DNA of 64,000 nucleotides from Candidatus Latescibacterota bacterium (GCA_965237675.1 OZ250150.1:3744001-3808000), one strand, 5' to 3'; shown: positions 1 to 10,030, counted from the stretch's first letter. The notes: a model not told the origin generated them from the letters alone. Translations and numbers: made by a program.

Positions 1-2
1 GT

Positions 3-281
3 CAATATGGCCCGTTATTGGCTAACTTCAATATGGAGGCGCCCCTGGCCGTGTTGGGGTTCGAGAAGGTGGAGGACGAACCCGATCCCGTTGAACCGCC
101 CGCGATCACTGCGGACTTCGATGGGAACGGGATGGTGGATTTTCAGGACTTTATTGCGTTCGCGCAGAATTTCGGGCGGAGCGAGGGGGACGCGGATTAC
201 GACGCCCGGTTCGACCTGAACGGCAACCAGGAAGTGGACTTTCAGGACTTTATTGCGTTCGCGAAACAATTCGGCAAGTAG
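3..281 (+). CDS. 3' end of a probably secreted protein with a C-terminal dockerin-like double EF-hand domain (5'-truncated by the window)
   Basis: The frame is open from the window edge. A Pro/Glu linker (EDEPDPVEPP) is followed by two repeats, DFDGNGMVDFQDFIAFAQNFG and DLNGNQEVDFQDFIAFAKQFG. Confidence 0.8.
   Translation, partial: QYGPLLANFNMEAPLAVLGFEKVEDEPDPVEPPAITADFDGNGMVDFQDFIAFAQNFGRSEGDADYDARFDLNGNQEVDFQDFIAFAKQFGK
135..263 (+). repeat. 30-nt direct repeat encoding the two EF-hand-like motifs
   Basis: gtggattttcaggactttattgcgttcgcg (135-164) versus gtggactttcaggactttattgcgttcgcg (234-263), 29/30 identical. Confidence 0.85.
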
Positions 282-325
282 CGATAAAGCTGTGAGGGTA
301 AGTTGCGGCCGGGAAACTGTGGTCG

Positions 326-1096
326 CTATGGGACGCCGGTGAGGAGGAGTCCGCCGTCCACGGGCAGAGAGACACCGTTGATGCTTGCCGCGTGGGGGCT
401 GGAGAGAAAGACCACGGCGCGTCCGATGTCTTCCGGTGTGCCGCCCCTGCGCGTGGGGATGAAGCCGTGGAGGCGTTCGGGCGCGCTGCCGCGCGGAGGC
501 GGGTTCTGCCCGAAGGCGTGTACGGTGTCCATATAACCGGGGAGAATCGCGTTGCAGCGAATGCCGAGGGGCGCCAGTTCGTAGGCCATGCTCATGGTAA
601 GCCGCAGGATGCCCGCCTTCGCGGTGCCGTAACAGGTGTCGTTTTCCCATACGGACTGCGCGTGCACCGAGGAGATGCTTACGATGCTCCCGCCATCGCC
701 CCGGTCTGCCATGCTTCGCGCAGCAGCCTGGCTGCACAGGAAATACCCTTTCAGGCAAACGTCGAGCGTGCGGTCCCAGATTGCTTCGGTGATTTCCATG
801 AAGGGCCTGTTCTCGGACCAATAGGGGTTGTTCACCAGGATGTCGATCCGTCCGAAACGATCCAGAAAAGCGCCGAACATCCGCTCCACGTCTGCGGCGC
901 TGGAGATATCGGCGTCAAAAAAGGCGGCTTCCCGGCCCGATCTCTGAACCAGATCGAGGGTTGTTTCAGCATCGTTGTCCTGCTCAATGTCGTTGATGCC
1001 CACGTCGCAGCCGGCTTCCGCCAGCGCCTGGGCGATTCCCCGGCCAATGCTGCGCCTGGATCCGGTAACAAGCGCTTTTCTGCCTTCAAGCAACAT
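326..1096 (-). CDS. SDR family NAD(P)-dependent oxidoreductase
   Basis: Rossmann motif ALVTGSRRSIGRGIA, DILVNN, ISSVHA, catalytic YGTAK; GAGG RBS upstream. Confidence 0.92.
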   Translation of the reverse strand: MLLEGRKALVTGSRRSIGRGIAQALAEAGCDVGINDIEQDNDAETTLDLVQRSGREAAFFDADISSAADVERMFGAFLDRFGRIDILVNNPYWSENRPFMEITEAIWDRTLDVCLKGYFLCSQAAARSMADRGDGGSIVSISSVHAQSVWENDTCYGTAKAGILRLTMSMAYELAPLGIRCNAILPGYMDTVHAFGQNPPPRGSAPERLHGFIPTRRGGTPEDIGRAVVFLSSPHAASINGVSLPVDGGLLLTGVP

Positions 1097-1196
1097 AAGT
1101 ACACCTCGCTAAGAGTGGAGCCTGGAACGGAATACGGGTTTAAAGCATGAAATACGATATCGTTTTGCACGTGTCAAACATAAAAGGGGGGAGGCA

Positions 1197-1919
1197 ATGA
1201 TGGCTTCCCCCTCTGATTTGAGAGGTGTATTTTTTCTTGCGGCCCTTTTGCTCGGTCTGGCCGGGCGGGCCCCTGCCGAGGAGCCGGAGTCTATAACGAC
1301 GACATTTGAAGACAGTATGTCGGTTGTCGAGGATTCAACAGACGCGCCGCTTGCGCCGGAACTGCTGGTGGCCGTCGCGGCAATGGAAGCCGGAGACTAC
1401 AAATTGGCGGCAACCGAGCTTCAGGCGCTTGCCATGGAGGATTCCGCGCGCATCGACGTTCAACGCATGCTGGCAAGCGCTTTTCTGCGTCAGGAAGCCT
1501 ATGCGCAAGCGGTCGAGGTCTGCGATCGGATCGCAGTGCTGGACTCTACGGATGCAGGTGTAAGGGTCGCCCTGGGTTTCTTGTACGAGAAGCTGGGGGA
1601 TGTAGACCGTTCCCTGGCGGCGTATGCGAAAGCGCTCGAAATGGATGCCGAAATGATTCAGGCGTATCAGGGGTTGGGATGGATCCTCGTGCAGCGGCGC
1701 CAGCTTCAGGAAGCCATGAACATGATCGGGAAGACCACCGAACTTGCACCGGAATACGCGCCGAATTACGTGCTGATGGGACGTGTTCTCACCGCGCAGG
1801 GTTTTTTCGAGAATGCCAGGAAGGCCTTCGAGACCGCGTTCAGGCTGGACCCCAGACTGCGCGAACAATATGGAATCCTGCTTCAGGAGCTTGTCCTGAG
1901 ACATCGCCTCGTACAGTAA
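1197..1919 (+). CDS. Secreted tetratricopeptide-repeat protein
   Basis: Signal peptide (VFFLAALLLGLAGRAPA) and repeated TPR helices (ALGFLYEKLGD, AYQGLGWI, LMGRVLTAQG); GGAGG RBS. Confidence 0.85.
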   Translation: MMASPSDLRGVFFLAALLLGLAGRAPAEEPESITTTFEDSMSVVEDSTDAPLAPELLVAVAAMEAGDYKLAATELQALAMEDSARIDVQRMLASAFLRQEAYAQAVEVCDRIAVLDSTDAGVRVALGFLYEKLGDVDRSLAAYAKALEMDAEMIQAYQGLGWILVQRRQLQEAMNMIGKTTELAPEYAPNYVLMGRVLTAQGFFENARKAFETAFRLDPRLREQYGILLQELVLRHRLVQ

Positions 1920-2058
1920 ACGATCCGGAAGCAGGATATTCTGTTTCTCCTGTCGCGCCTATCGTTTTTGGGGTATTGCAATCCGGGAGTTTATTTGACG
2001 CGAGTATAGGGCAATAGGGGGATGTCGCACGGAAAAAACGGATGATGGGAAAGGGGAG

Positions 2059-2817
2059 TTACTTGAGGTGAAAGCCGATGGGCATCACCATCCAGACCTT
2101 GCGTATTTCGCCCTCGTGCTTTCCTGGGCGGAAACGGAACTGGCGCGCGGCAGCAATGGCGTTGTTTCGAAAGATCTCCGGTCCACTGATGACCTCTGCC
2201 TTTTCCACGCGTCCTCGTTTGTCCACAAGGACACGAACCTTTACCACGCCTTGTTGTTTCGCCTTGTGGGCCTCACGGGGATATTCGGGTGCTACGATGC
2301 GAATCGGATGGGGTTTGTATTCGATATCGAAAATATCCATCGGATGGTCGGACGGGGGTCCTGCCGCCACCGGTCCCTTCAGGCGAAGATCCAGAGGGAG
2401 TGTGTCGAGATCCAGTTCCGTGGTTTCGATAGTAACGTCTTCAGGCACTTCCTCCCCGTCAACCTCGATCGGTACGCTCGGGCGGGGTGGCGGTGGTGGA
2501 CGCTGGGCCTGGGATGTTTCGGGAATCTGCGCCCACTGGACGACGTCGATCTGTGGGTCGTTCAACACCACGGTCGGGACATGTTCGGGGTAGAGGAGTA
2601 CGGTGAACAGCATGAGCAGAAAGGATGCGCCCACCGATCTGAGCATTCGGGTTCGATAGGTGAGTTTGAGGTCCATATCGGGGTCCTTGGATCGAACGGA
2701 AACACGAACACCCGTTGGACAATCCCTCAGGAGGCGCACGAACCTCTCCTGGTGCTCACGAAATCGCGCCAACTGTGCCAGGAGCGAATGACTGAAGCGA
2801 TGGTGAACGATTTTCAT
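2059..2817 (-). CDS. tonB: Energy transducer TonB family protein
   Basis: One TM helix, a Pro-rich linker (RPPPPPRP), and a C-terminal TonB domain YPREAHKAKQQGVVKVRVLVDKRGRV...FRFRPG...MPIGFHLK. Confidence 0.88.
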   Translation of the reverse strand: MKIVHHRFSHSLLAQLARFREHQERFVRLLRDCPTGVRVSVRSKDPDMDLKLTYRTRMLRSVGASFLLMLFTVLLYPEHVPTVVLNDPQIDVVQWAQIPETSQAQRPPPPPRPSVPIEVDGEEVPEDVTIETTELDLDTLPLDLRLKGPVAAGPPSDHPMDIFDIEYKPHPIRIVAPEYPREAHKAKQQGVVKVRVLVDKRGRVEKAEVISGPEIFRNNAIAAARQFRFRPGKHEGEIRKVWMVMPIGFHLK

Positions 2818-3215
2818 TGTTAAGTTCGGTGAGGGCTTGTGTGGAATGCAAGTATGCTGGCGCGTGCAGCGGGAAACGTTTTTCGTTCCAGGGGCGAATT
2901 CCGGCGGCCGGGACTTGCAGGCGATCGATCATCGACGTCCGCCCGGTGGCCGATGCCTTTCGTCCGTCGGTCGGTTCCGCCTTTTTCCACTTAGACCCTC
3001 AAAGCGAGAAAAGGTTCCGGGCCGACGGCTTTCCTCAGCCCGGCCCGGCAGTTGCTGAGACGACATGAATTTTCGCTCGTGGACATTCGGCCCACAGCGC
3101 TAACGCAGAGGTTCCTGAAGCCAGAAATTACTAAGTTAGTCCATACGTACGCAAAGTCAAGCGCAAACTTGAAACAATGGTGCGGATACACGAGAACACG
3201 GCGGGCTATGGCGTT

Positions 3216-3548
3216 ATGAACAGCAGAGCGAGCTTTCCCATGCGGATCGATGTACGGCGGGACGACGGGGAAATGGTAATCGAGTGGCACGGCGGCCGCA
3301 TTGACCGTCTGCCCCTGTCCGAGTTGAGGCGCTGGTGTCCGTGTGCGCTGTGTTCGGATCAACGCGAACATCAGTCCCGCGATCAGGGTCTGCATATGTT
3401 GACGTCGGAGGAGCGTGATGCAAACGCCGACGTGGCGGATGTGATTCCGGTGGGGAGGTATGCGATACAGATCAAATGGGGCGACGGACACGACACCGGA
3501 ATTTATACGTACGACTCCCTGCGAAAAATGGGCGAGGATTTGCCTTAG
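3216..3548 (+). CDS. DUF971 / gamma-butyrobetaine-hydroxylase-like N-terminal domain protein
   Basis: LRRWCPCALC and VGRYAIQIKWGDGHDTGIYTYDSLR motifs. The start could be 3177, 3216 or 3240. Confidence 0.85.
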   Translation: MNSRASFPMRIDVRRDDGEMVIEWHGGRIDRLPLSELRRWCPCALCSDQREHQSRDQGLHMLTSEERDANADVADVIPVGRYAIQIKWGDGHDTGIYTYDSLRKMGEDLP

Positions 3549-3766
3549 AGAATTGCCAGGGACGTGATGCGGGTTCCTCGTTGACCGCGAACGGTGGCGG
3601 TTCGGTCGTTGAGATAGGACGACGCTTCGTCGCCCTTGTGGCGGCGCATAACCCTTCCGCCATCGAAGCAGGGAATCCGTAGTGTCGCCTCGCAACCGAA
3701 ATTCCTGACGCCGCGAAACTTCACGACCGTGTCTCGGGTTACGGAACCTATCCATGGGATCAATCG

Positions 3767-3795
3767 TTGACGAGTGGGAAATGTGAAGCCATATT
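3767..3795 (+). promoter_or_regulatory. Putative sigma70 promoter of the aldo/keto reductase gene
   Basis: TTGACG-N17-CATATT, about 50 nt upstream of the AGGAG RBS and ATG at 3844. Confidence 0.45.
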
Positions 3796-3843
3796 ATGCA
3801 CGGAGGGATCGGTCAAGGTGTCCCAAACATTCAGGAGAGCGTT

Positions 3844-4767
3844 ATGGCGCAGACAATCGACGCAGGTTTGGTTGCAAACCCCGGAAAGGCGATATCTGAA
3901 ATGTTGCCTCACCGTATACTGGGAAAAACCGGGGTGCGGGTATCCATTCTTGGCTACGGCTCGGCACCGGGCGGAATTGGCATGGGCGACGATGACGCCA
4001 TTTCACTTTGCCATAAGGCCATCGATCTCGGCGTGACCTATATCGATACCGCGCCGGGATATGGCCGGGCGCATCTGCAACTGGGGCAGGTCATGGAAAG
4101 CAGGAGGGACGAAGTCTTCCTGGTCACCAAGACGCCGGCCGACGACGCGGCAGAGGCGTTGTCGATGTTGGAGAAAGGATTGAAAGACCTGCAGACCGAG
4201 CAGGTCGACCTGGTATACGTGCATTCGATGGGCAATCGGGATGTGGACAGGGTGCTGGCCCCCGATGGCGCGCTTGCGGGTCTGCGGGAGGCGAGGCGCC
4301 GGGGATGGACCCGGTTTATCGGAGTCACCGCGCACAACGCACCCTGGCGGACCGTCCGGGTATTGAGCGAAGCGGAGATGGACGTGGTGATGCTTGCCAT
4401 GAACATTGCCGACCGCTACACGTACAACTTTGAAAATGAAGTGCTGCCTCTCGCCTATGAGCAGAACGTCGGCGTGGCGGCCATGAAAGTCTACGGGGGA
4501 GCGTTGGGGATGAATTACGACAAACCGACTCTGTCGGCTCTGGCTTCGCACGGACCGCACGATCATAAAGCAGCGCTCCGGTACGCGCTGGGGCTGCCGG
4601 GGGTTGCCACGGCGGTTATTGGGATGTTCACCGAGGCCGAACTGGTGCAGAACGTGGAATGGGTGCGGCGAATTACGCCGCTGAATGCCACCGATAGTCT
4701 CGCTGCCGAGCACATTGGCCGACAGGTAGCCGCAGACTGGGGGCCGCATTACGGAGCGTTAGAATAG
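3844..4767 (+). CDS. Aldo/keto reductase
   Basis: RILGKTGVRVSILGYG, YIDTAPGYG, FLVTK, DLVYVHS, AMKVYGG. Confidence 0.9.
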   Translation: MAQTIDAGLVANPGKAISEMLPHRILGKTGVRVSILGYGSAPGGIGMGDDDAISLCHKAIDLGVTYIDTAPGYGRAHLQLGQVMESRRDEVFLVTKTPADDAAEALSMLEKGLKDLQTEQVDLVYVHSMGNRDVDRVLAPDGALAGLREARRRGWTRFIGVTAHNAPWRTVRVLSEAEMDVVMLAMNIADRYTYNFENEVLPLAYEQNVGVAAMKVYGGALGMNYDKPTLSALASHGPHDHKAALRYALGLPGVATAVIGMFTEAELVQNVEWVRRITPLNATDSLAAEHIGRQVAADWGPHYGALE

Positions 4768-4783
4768 AAAGCGAAACGAAATA

Positions 4784-5938
4784 ATGATCTCAGGGAGCCT
4801 TGTTGCCGCACGATTCACACAACTGGCGGGTGGGGTCCGCCGGGTTCTGCGCGGCGTATGGCCCGGCCTCGCAGGGCTGGCGCTGTGCGCGTGCGGGGTC
4901 GATGAAGCAGGTTCACCCCTGGGGGGTGTAACGCCCAGGTCGTTTGGCGTGGTCGGGCCGATGGTTGAACCCAGGAGGGATCACACGGCCACCCGACTGT
5001 CCGACGGCACTGTGTTGATTGCCGGAGGGGTACACGTGGTGTCCGCCGGCGTTGAAGAACCGCTGACCAGTGCGGAGATCTTCGATCCGGTCACGGGACG
5101 GTTTCGGCTTACGAACAGCCTGCCGGAGGGGCGTAGCGGGCACGTAGCCGCCTTATTGAAGAACGGCAAGGTGTTGATTGTGGGCGGGTTGATTGTGGGC
5201 GGGGGTGGGCAGACGTTGGTCCTGTACGATCGGGATTCCGGTTCTTTTCTCAGCAGTGGCGCCAGAAGCAGAATTCAGCGCCTGCGAACAGCGACGACGT
5301 TACAGGATGGCAGGGTGCTGCTGTTGGGCGATTTGAGTTTCGCGGCGGAAATTTACGACCCTGAAGAAGACGATATTGTAAAGAGGGTCACCGCGAGTAC
5401 AAGGCGCGTGCAGCATACCGCGACGCTGCTGAATACCGGCGATGTGCTCATCGCGGGTGGAGCCGTAAGATTTGCCGAGCGATTCGATCCGGCAACTGAT
5501 AAATTTACGGTGCCCCGTGGCGCCACCTTGCAGGATCTTAGATTCGGACATACGGCGACGTTGCTGACCGATGGACGTGTGTTGCTGGCCGGCGGCAGTG
5601 CCGTGATCAGCGGACAGGTGTTCACGCCCGTGAACAGCACCGAGGTTTTCGATCCGGACATCCCGTCGTTCCGAGAGGCGGGATTCATGCGGATCCCAAG
5701 GTTCGGACATGCGGCCACCCGGCTGTCCGATGGAAAGGTGCTCATTGTGGGCGGCGCGGCCGCCGATGCCGAGGTCTACGATCCCGGTACGGGGGCGTTT
5801 CAGTTCGTGGGTGGAGACGCGGGCCGGGTACGAAGCGGCGCTACGGCCACCCTGTTGAACGATGGCCGGGTGCTGGTGGCAGGAGGTGTGAACGAGGAAT
5901 TTTCGTATCTCGAGCATGCCGTGGTCTACAATCCTTAA
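4784..5938 (+). CDS. Kelch-repeat (beta-propeller) lipoprotein
   Basis: Lipobox-like LALCA-C and multiple R-x-x-HTAT-x-L-x-DG-x-VLIAGG...AEIYDP repeats. Confidence 0.88.
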   Translation: MISGSLVAARFTQLAGGVRRVLRGVWPGLAGLALCACGVDEAGSPLGGVTPRSFGVVGPMVEPRRDHTATRLSDGTVLIAGGVHVVSAGVEEPLTSAEIFDPVTGRFRLTNSLPEGRSGHVAALLKNGKVLIVGGLIVGGGGQTLVLYDRDSGSFLSSGARSRIQRLRTATTLQDGRVLLLGDLSFAAEIYDPEEDDIVKRVTASTRRVQHTATLLNTGDVLIAGGAVRFAERFDPATDKFTVPRGATLQDLRFGHTATLLTDGRVLLAGGSAVISGQVFTPVNSTEVFDPDIPSFREAGFMRIPRFGHAATRLSDGKVLIVGGAAADAEVYDPGTGAFQFVGGDAGRVRSGATATLLNDGRVLVAGGVNEEFSYLEHAVVYNP

Positions 5939-5971
5939 GATTCTCGAACGTCTGGCCGACACAGGAAAACC

Positions 5972-6006
5972 GAGGCTGAATCCCGCAGGGGCGGCCTCTG
6001 TTTTTT
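5972..6006 (+). terminator. Putative Rho-independent terminator
   Basis: GAGGCTG...CGGCCTC stem followed by TGTTTTTT after the Kelch gene. Confidence 0.5.
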
Positions 6007-6177
6007 GTGCTGTTTTTTCTGACGATATTTCGATGGCATCGGCATATTGCCGGCCGGTATTGAATCCGTATCGTCTGCCTCTTCACCCTACGACAGCGCC
6101 GAATCGATTGCGCTGAACCCGGTGAATTAACGCGACTGTTTCAGGTTTGTCGGATACGTCTCTGAGGTCAGGTTTCT

Positions 6178-8175
6178 ATGAGCCAGCCCGACTTCGAAAA
6201 TCGATTCCAGCCCCGGGGAGATTCGCCGGTGTCTGCCGGCGAGGGACTTCGCGGAATCGTAATCGCGCTGTCGGTTGCCATGTTGGTTTTCGCGTGTGTC
6301 GCGGCGACATTTCTGGAGTTCAGATCCCGCTCCGCCCATATGGCAATGGCGAACCTTCCTCTGGCAGTGCTATTGCCCTTTGTTGCATGGCTTCTGGTAA
6401 ACGCCCTCCTGAAGCGGTTTTTTCCCCGGCTTTCCCTGACTTCAGCGGAGTTGCGGCTGGCGTTGAGCATGCTCTGGGTGGGAGGATCGTTTGCGGGGTA
6501 TAACTGGATTACGCAGTGGGTTGGCGCTATGGCGGCGCCCAGGTATTACGCATCGCCCGAGAACCGGTGGCGGGAGTTGATTTTTGACTATCTGCCGTGG
6601 TGGATGTTCCCTTCGGATTTTCCGGGAGTGACCGAGGGGTTTTTCCTGGGGATCGAGAAAGGTGCCGCGGTGCCCTGGGGGGCATGGCTGGGACCCGTTT
6701 TCTGGGCGATGTCCGCCGGCGTGGCGATGACGGCGATCGGCGTGGGGGTGACGGCGGTGTTCCAGAAGCAGTGGGTGCAGCACGAACGGCTTACCTATCC
6801 CCTGGCGCAGGTGCCGATCGATCTGACGGAAGGCTTCGACCGGAAGCGAGGTTGGCCGCCGTTTGCACGCCAGTGGTTGTTCTGGGCAGGTTTTGCGGTG
6901 TCTGCGGTTCCCTTGCTGTGGAATCTGGTTGAATATTGGGCGCCCGGTTTTCCCCGCCTGGCGATTTTCGACGCCTATTATGGACCGAGCGGGCCCAGGG
7001 GCGCTGAGTTATCACGTTATTTACAGCCCTTTTCCTATCGTATGTTGCCCACCGTGCTCGGGTTTACGTTTCTGTGCGATTTGAATATCCTGTTCAGCAT
7101 ATGGTCGTTGTGGCTATCGGGCCAACTGGGCTTATATGCAATGTCCAGGGTCGGATTTTCGGTGGGTCTGGTGGGGCAGGAGGCCAAACCTTCGGCAATT
7201 TTAGGCTTGTTCACCCATGGCGTCAGCATGGGATTGGTGGTATGGACGTTGTGGGCCGCCCGGGGTCACCTGAAAAGAGTCTTTCGGCAGGTGGTTCGGC
7301 CGCGCGATGGCGAAGAGGCGGAAACTGCGATTCTCCCACCCCGATTGGCTCTGCTTTCGATATTGGCCGGCGGCATCTATATGGTTTTCTGGTTGAACAG
7401 GGCGGGTTACAGCGTGACAGTCGGCCTGTCCTGGCTATTGCTGTTCTGGGCGAGTATCCTGGTGGTGATGAAGTTTCTGGCCGCAAGTGGATTTGCGTAT
7501 CTGTTTCCCAGTTTCGGAACTTCCATCCTGAATATGACCGTCGGCGCAAACCGGATGAACGAATCCACCTTGGTGGGTCTTCGCCTGGTGAACTGGAGAC
7601 TCCTGGCAGGCTGGCGGTTGCCGGCGGCGCTTCCTCACGTCGAACGTCTGCTCGGGCGGTCGGGTCGCGTCGGGTGGGTGGTGGCCGGCAGCCTGGTGGC
7701 GGGTATGCTGGCGGCGATCATTTACACGGTTTCCATCTGTTACCAGGAGGGAGGCAGTACGTTCCGGACGTGGTCTCTCGTGGGCGCGCCCCGGGGGATG
7801 TACGAGGGTATCGCGAAGGCGGTTGCCGACACCGACCCCGAAGTAACCGATCCGGGAAAGATCGGCGTGTGGATTCTGGGTGGCCTGACTGCGGGCGCAA
7901 TACAGTTGATGCAGAGCCGATTCTCCTGGTGGCCGCTTCATCCTCTTGGCGTCATGCTGATGTCGAGCGGCTACGTTAGCCTCTATGTGTTGGATATCTT
8001 CCTGGTGTGGCTGGCCAAATTGATGGTTCTCAGGTTTGGCGGGATTTCTTTGTACAGGCGAGTCAAACCGTGTTGCTACGGATTGATTGTGGGTTATGTA
8101 TTCGCGGTCGGGTGTTCTTTTTTGGTGGATCTGATCTGGTTTCCCGAAGGGGGTCACTATATCCATGGATACTGA
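6178..8175 (+). CDS. DUF6785/DUF6784 family multi-pass membrane protein (putative peptide transporter)
   Basis: 665 aa with many hydrophobic helices; motifs QWVQHERLTYPLAQVP and RFSWWPLHPLG are typical of this family (recognition only). Confidence 0.75.
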   Translation: MSQPDFENRFQPRGDSPVSAGEGLRGIVIALSVAMLVFACVAATFLEFRSRSAHMAMANLPLAVLLPFVAWLLVNALLKRFFPRLSLTSAELRLALSMLWVGGSFAGYNWITQWVGAMAAPRYYASPENRWRELIFDYLPWWMFPSDFPGVTEGFFLGIEKGAAVPWGAWLGPVFWAMSAGVAMTAIGVGVTAVFQKQWVQHERLTYPLAQVPIDLTEGFDRKRGWPPFARQWLFWAGFAVSAVPLLWNLVEYWAPGFPRLAIFDAYYGPSGPRGAELSRYLQPFSYRMLPTVLGFTFLCDLNILFSIWSLWLSGQLGLYAMSRVGFSVGLVGQEAKPSAILGLFTHGVSMGLVVWTLWAARGHLKRVFRQVVRPRDGEEAETAILPPRLALLSILAGGIYMVFWLNRAGYSVTVGLSWLLLFWASILVVMKFLAASGFAYLFPSFGTSILNMTVGANRMNESTLVGLRLVNWRLLAGWRLPAALPHVERLLGRSGRVGWVVAGSLVAGMLAAIIYTVSICYQEGGSTFRTWSLVGAPRGMYEGIAKAVADTDPEVTDPGKIGVWILGGLTAGAIQLMQSRFSWWPLHPLGVMLMSSGYVSLYVLDIFLVWLAKLMVLRFGGISLYRRVKPCCYGLIVGYVFAVGCSFLVDLIWFPEGGHYIHGY

Positions 8176-8180
8176 CCAGC

Positions 8181-8942
8181 ATGATTAAGTGCGCGGCGAT
8201 CGACGTTTGTGGGGTAAGCAAGGTGTTTGAGAGCGATGCCGGCCGGGTGGTGGCGTTGAAGGACGTGAATTTGCAGGTTCCGCATGGCGCTTTTGTGAGT
8301 GTGATTGGACCCTCGGGTTGCGGAAAGACCAGCCTGATGCGCATTGTCGGTGATCTCGAGGTGCCGACGTCCGGCATGGTTCGGGTGAACGGAAAGATGC
8401 CGGCGGAGGCGAGAAAAGCGCGGGAGATTGGGGTGGTCTTTCAGAGCCCCGCCCTGATGGGCTGGCGTACGGTGGAGGAAAATGTGAGGCTGCCCGGCGA
8501 GATCTTCAACGATACAAAGGTGGGAGCACAGGCCCATGAGATGATTCGGGCCGTGGGGCTGCAGGGGTTCGAGCAGTCCTATCCGAGGCAGCTTTCGGGT
8601 GGCATGCAGTCAAGGGTAGCCATCGCCCGTGCGTTGACCTACCGACCCGACGTATTGTTGATGGATGAACCGTTCGGCGCGCTGGACGAGATGACACGAG
8701 AGAGAATGCAGTTGGAACTGCTGCGTATTTGGAGGGGTGCAAAGCCCGCGGTCCTGTTTATTACCCACAGCATCCCGGAGGCCATTCTGCTATCGGATCG
8801 GGTCGTGGTGATGTCGGCTCGCCCCGGGCGTCTGGTGGGTGACCTGCAGGTAGATTTCCCAAGACCGAGAAACGTGGATCTGCTGGCACGACCGCGTTTC
8901 GTTGAGATGGTGGCGCACCTCAGAACACTGCTGGCGGGTTAG
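8181..8942 (+). CDS. NitT/TauT-type ABC transporter ATP-binding protein
   Basis: Walker A GPSGCGKT, signature LSGGMQSR, Walker B LLMDEPFGALD, H-loop FITHS. Confidence 0.93.
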   Translation: MIKCAAIDVCGVSKVFESDAGRVVALKDVNLQVPHGAFVSVIGPSGCGKTSLMRIVGDLEVPTSGMVRVNGKMPAEARKAREIGVVFQSPALMGWRTVEENVRLPGEIFNDTKVGAQAHEMIRAVGLQGFEQSYPRQLSGGMQSRVAIARALTYRPDVLLMDEPFGALDEMTRERMQLELLRIWRGAKPAVLFITHSIPEAILLSDRVVVMSARPGRLVGDLQVDFPRPRNVDLLARPRFVEMVAHLRTLLAG

Positions 8943-9029
8943 GATCAATTGACCGCCGGGATTGGACTTCCCCACATCCCGAGCGTGCCAGGAACCCGCT
9001 GTTCCGCCATGGAAACGACGCCGATACGA

Positions 9030-10001
9030 TCAGGGAGCCGGTGGCAGCAGATCGGAAACGAAAAGTCTGGCGACGTCGACCTTGCGGTTGACCAGACCCA
9101 GATCGAACAGAACGTTCTGGGTGTGTGACCATCGTTCCGCGGTCTGCGCACCCAGCCCGAAGCGTTCGACGTCCGTGCTCATCAGGATGGGGATGAGTTG
9201 TTCGAAATTGGCCCGGTTGAATGCGGCGTTGCTTTCCGGGCGGTAGGCCATATACGCAGCAACGGCATCCTCCGGGTGATCGATGGCGTATCGCCAGCCT
9301 TTCATACTGGCGCGGACGAATTTCCGTACGACGTCCGGATTGTTTTTTACATAGTCGGTATTGGCAATGATGTTGGTGCTGTACAGGTCGATGCCGTATT
9401 GGGCAAACGCAATACGGGTTACGGCTCTACCCCGGAGCTCAACGGTCACCGGCTGGTCTTCGGTATAACCCAGCATGGCATCGACCTTTCCGGCAAGCAG
9501 GGGGGCGGGACTGGATTCCGTCATTCCCATCAGCTGCACGCGGTCTTCATCGATGCCGACCTTTTTTAGAAAAGCTTGGAATTCTCGATGTTTGGTACCC
9601 CCGATATTGACACCAACCCGTTTGCCGATAAGGTCTTCCGGTTTTCGGATGTCATTCTCTTCCAACGCGTACACGACAACCGGCGAATGCTGGTTGATCA
9701 CGGCCAGCGAGACCACGGGGATGTCTCTCGTGCGCGCCATCACAGTGGCGGAACCACTGGAGATCCCCAGCTGATACTTGCCGCTGCCCACCAGACGTGC
9801 TGTCGTAGGTGCGCCTGTGCCTTCGAGAATTTCAACCGAAATTCCCTCGGCATCGTAGTATCCCTTCGCTTTAGCCATAAAAAAGCCGGCGTGCTCCATC
9901 TGTGCTTTCCAGTCCAGAAGCAACTGGATCTGCTGTGTTGTGTCCGGAGGTCTTCCACAGGCAGACAGAACAGCAAGAACGAGCCAGACCAGGCGGTTCA
10001 T
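9030..10001 (-). CDS. ABC substrate-binding lipoprotein, NMT1/THI5 (ThiY/SsuA-like)
   Basis: Lipobox VLSA-C; LLDWKAQMEHAGFFMAKAKGYY; KPEDLIGKRVG; FVRASMKGW. Confidence 0.88.
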   Translation of the reverse strand: MNRLVWLVLAVLSACGRPPDTTQQIQLLLDWKAQMEHAGFFMAKAKGYYDAEGISVEILEGTGAPTTARLVGSGKYQLGISSGSATVMARTRDIPVVSLAVINQHSPVVVYALEENDIRKPEDLIGKRVGVNIGGTKHREFQAFLKKVGIDEDRVQLMGMTESSPAPLLAGKVDAMLGYTEDQPVTVELRGRAVTRIAFAQYGIDLYSTNIIANTDYVKNNPDVVRKFVRASMKGWRYAIDHPEDAVAAYMAYRPESNAAFNRANFEQLIPILMSTDVERFGLGAQTAERWSHTQNVLFDLGLVNRKVDVARLFVSDLLPPAP

Positions 10002-10030
10002 TTGAATCCTCCCGAGTATTTTTACACAGC

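Noticed and set aside
2820-3170. Riboswitch (cobalamin or c-di-GMP) in the long region upstream of tonB
   Set aside because: GC-rich hairpins are present, but I could not match the conserved cores of either riboswitch class.
4784-5938. Periodic repeats as a CRISPR or tandem DNA array
   Set aside because: The repeats are degenerate protein-level Kelch motifs within a coding sequence.
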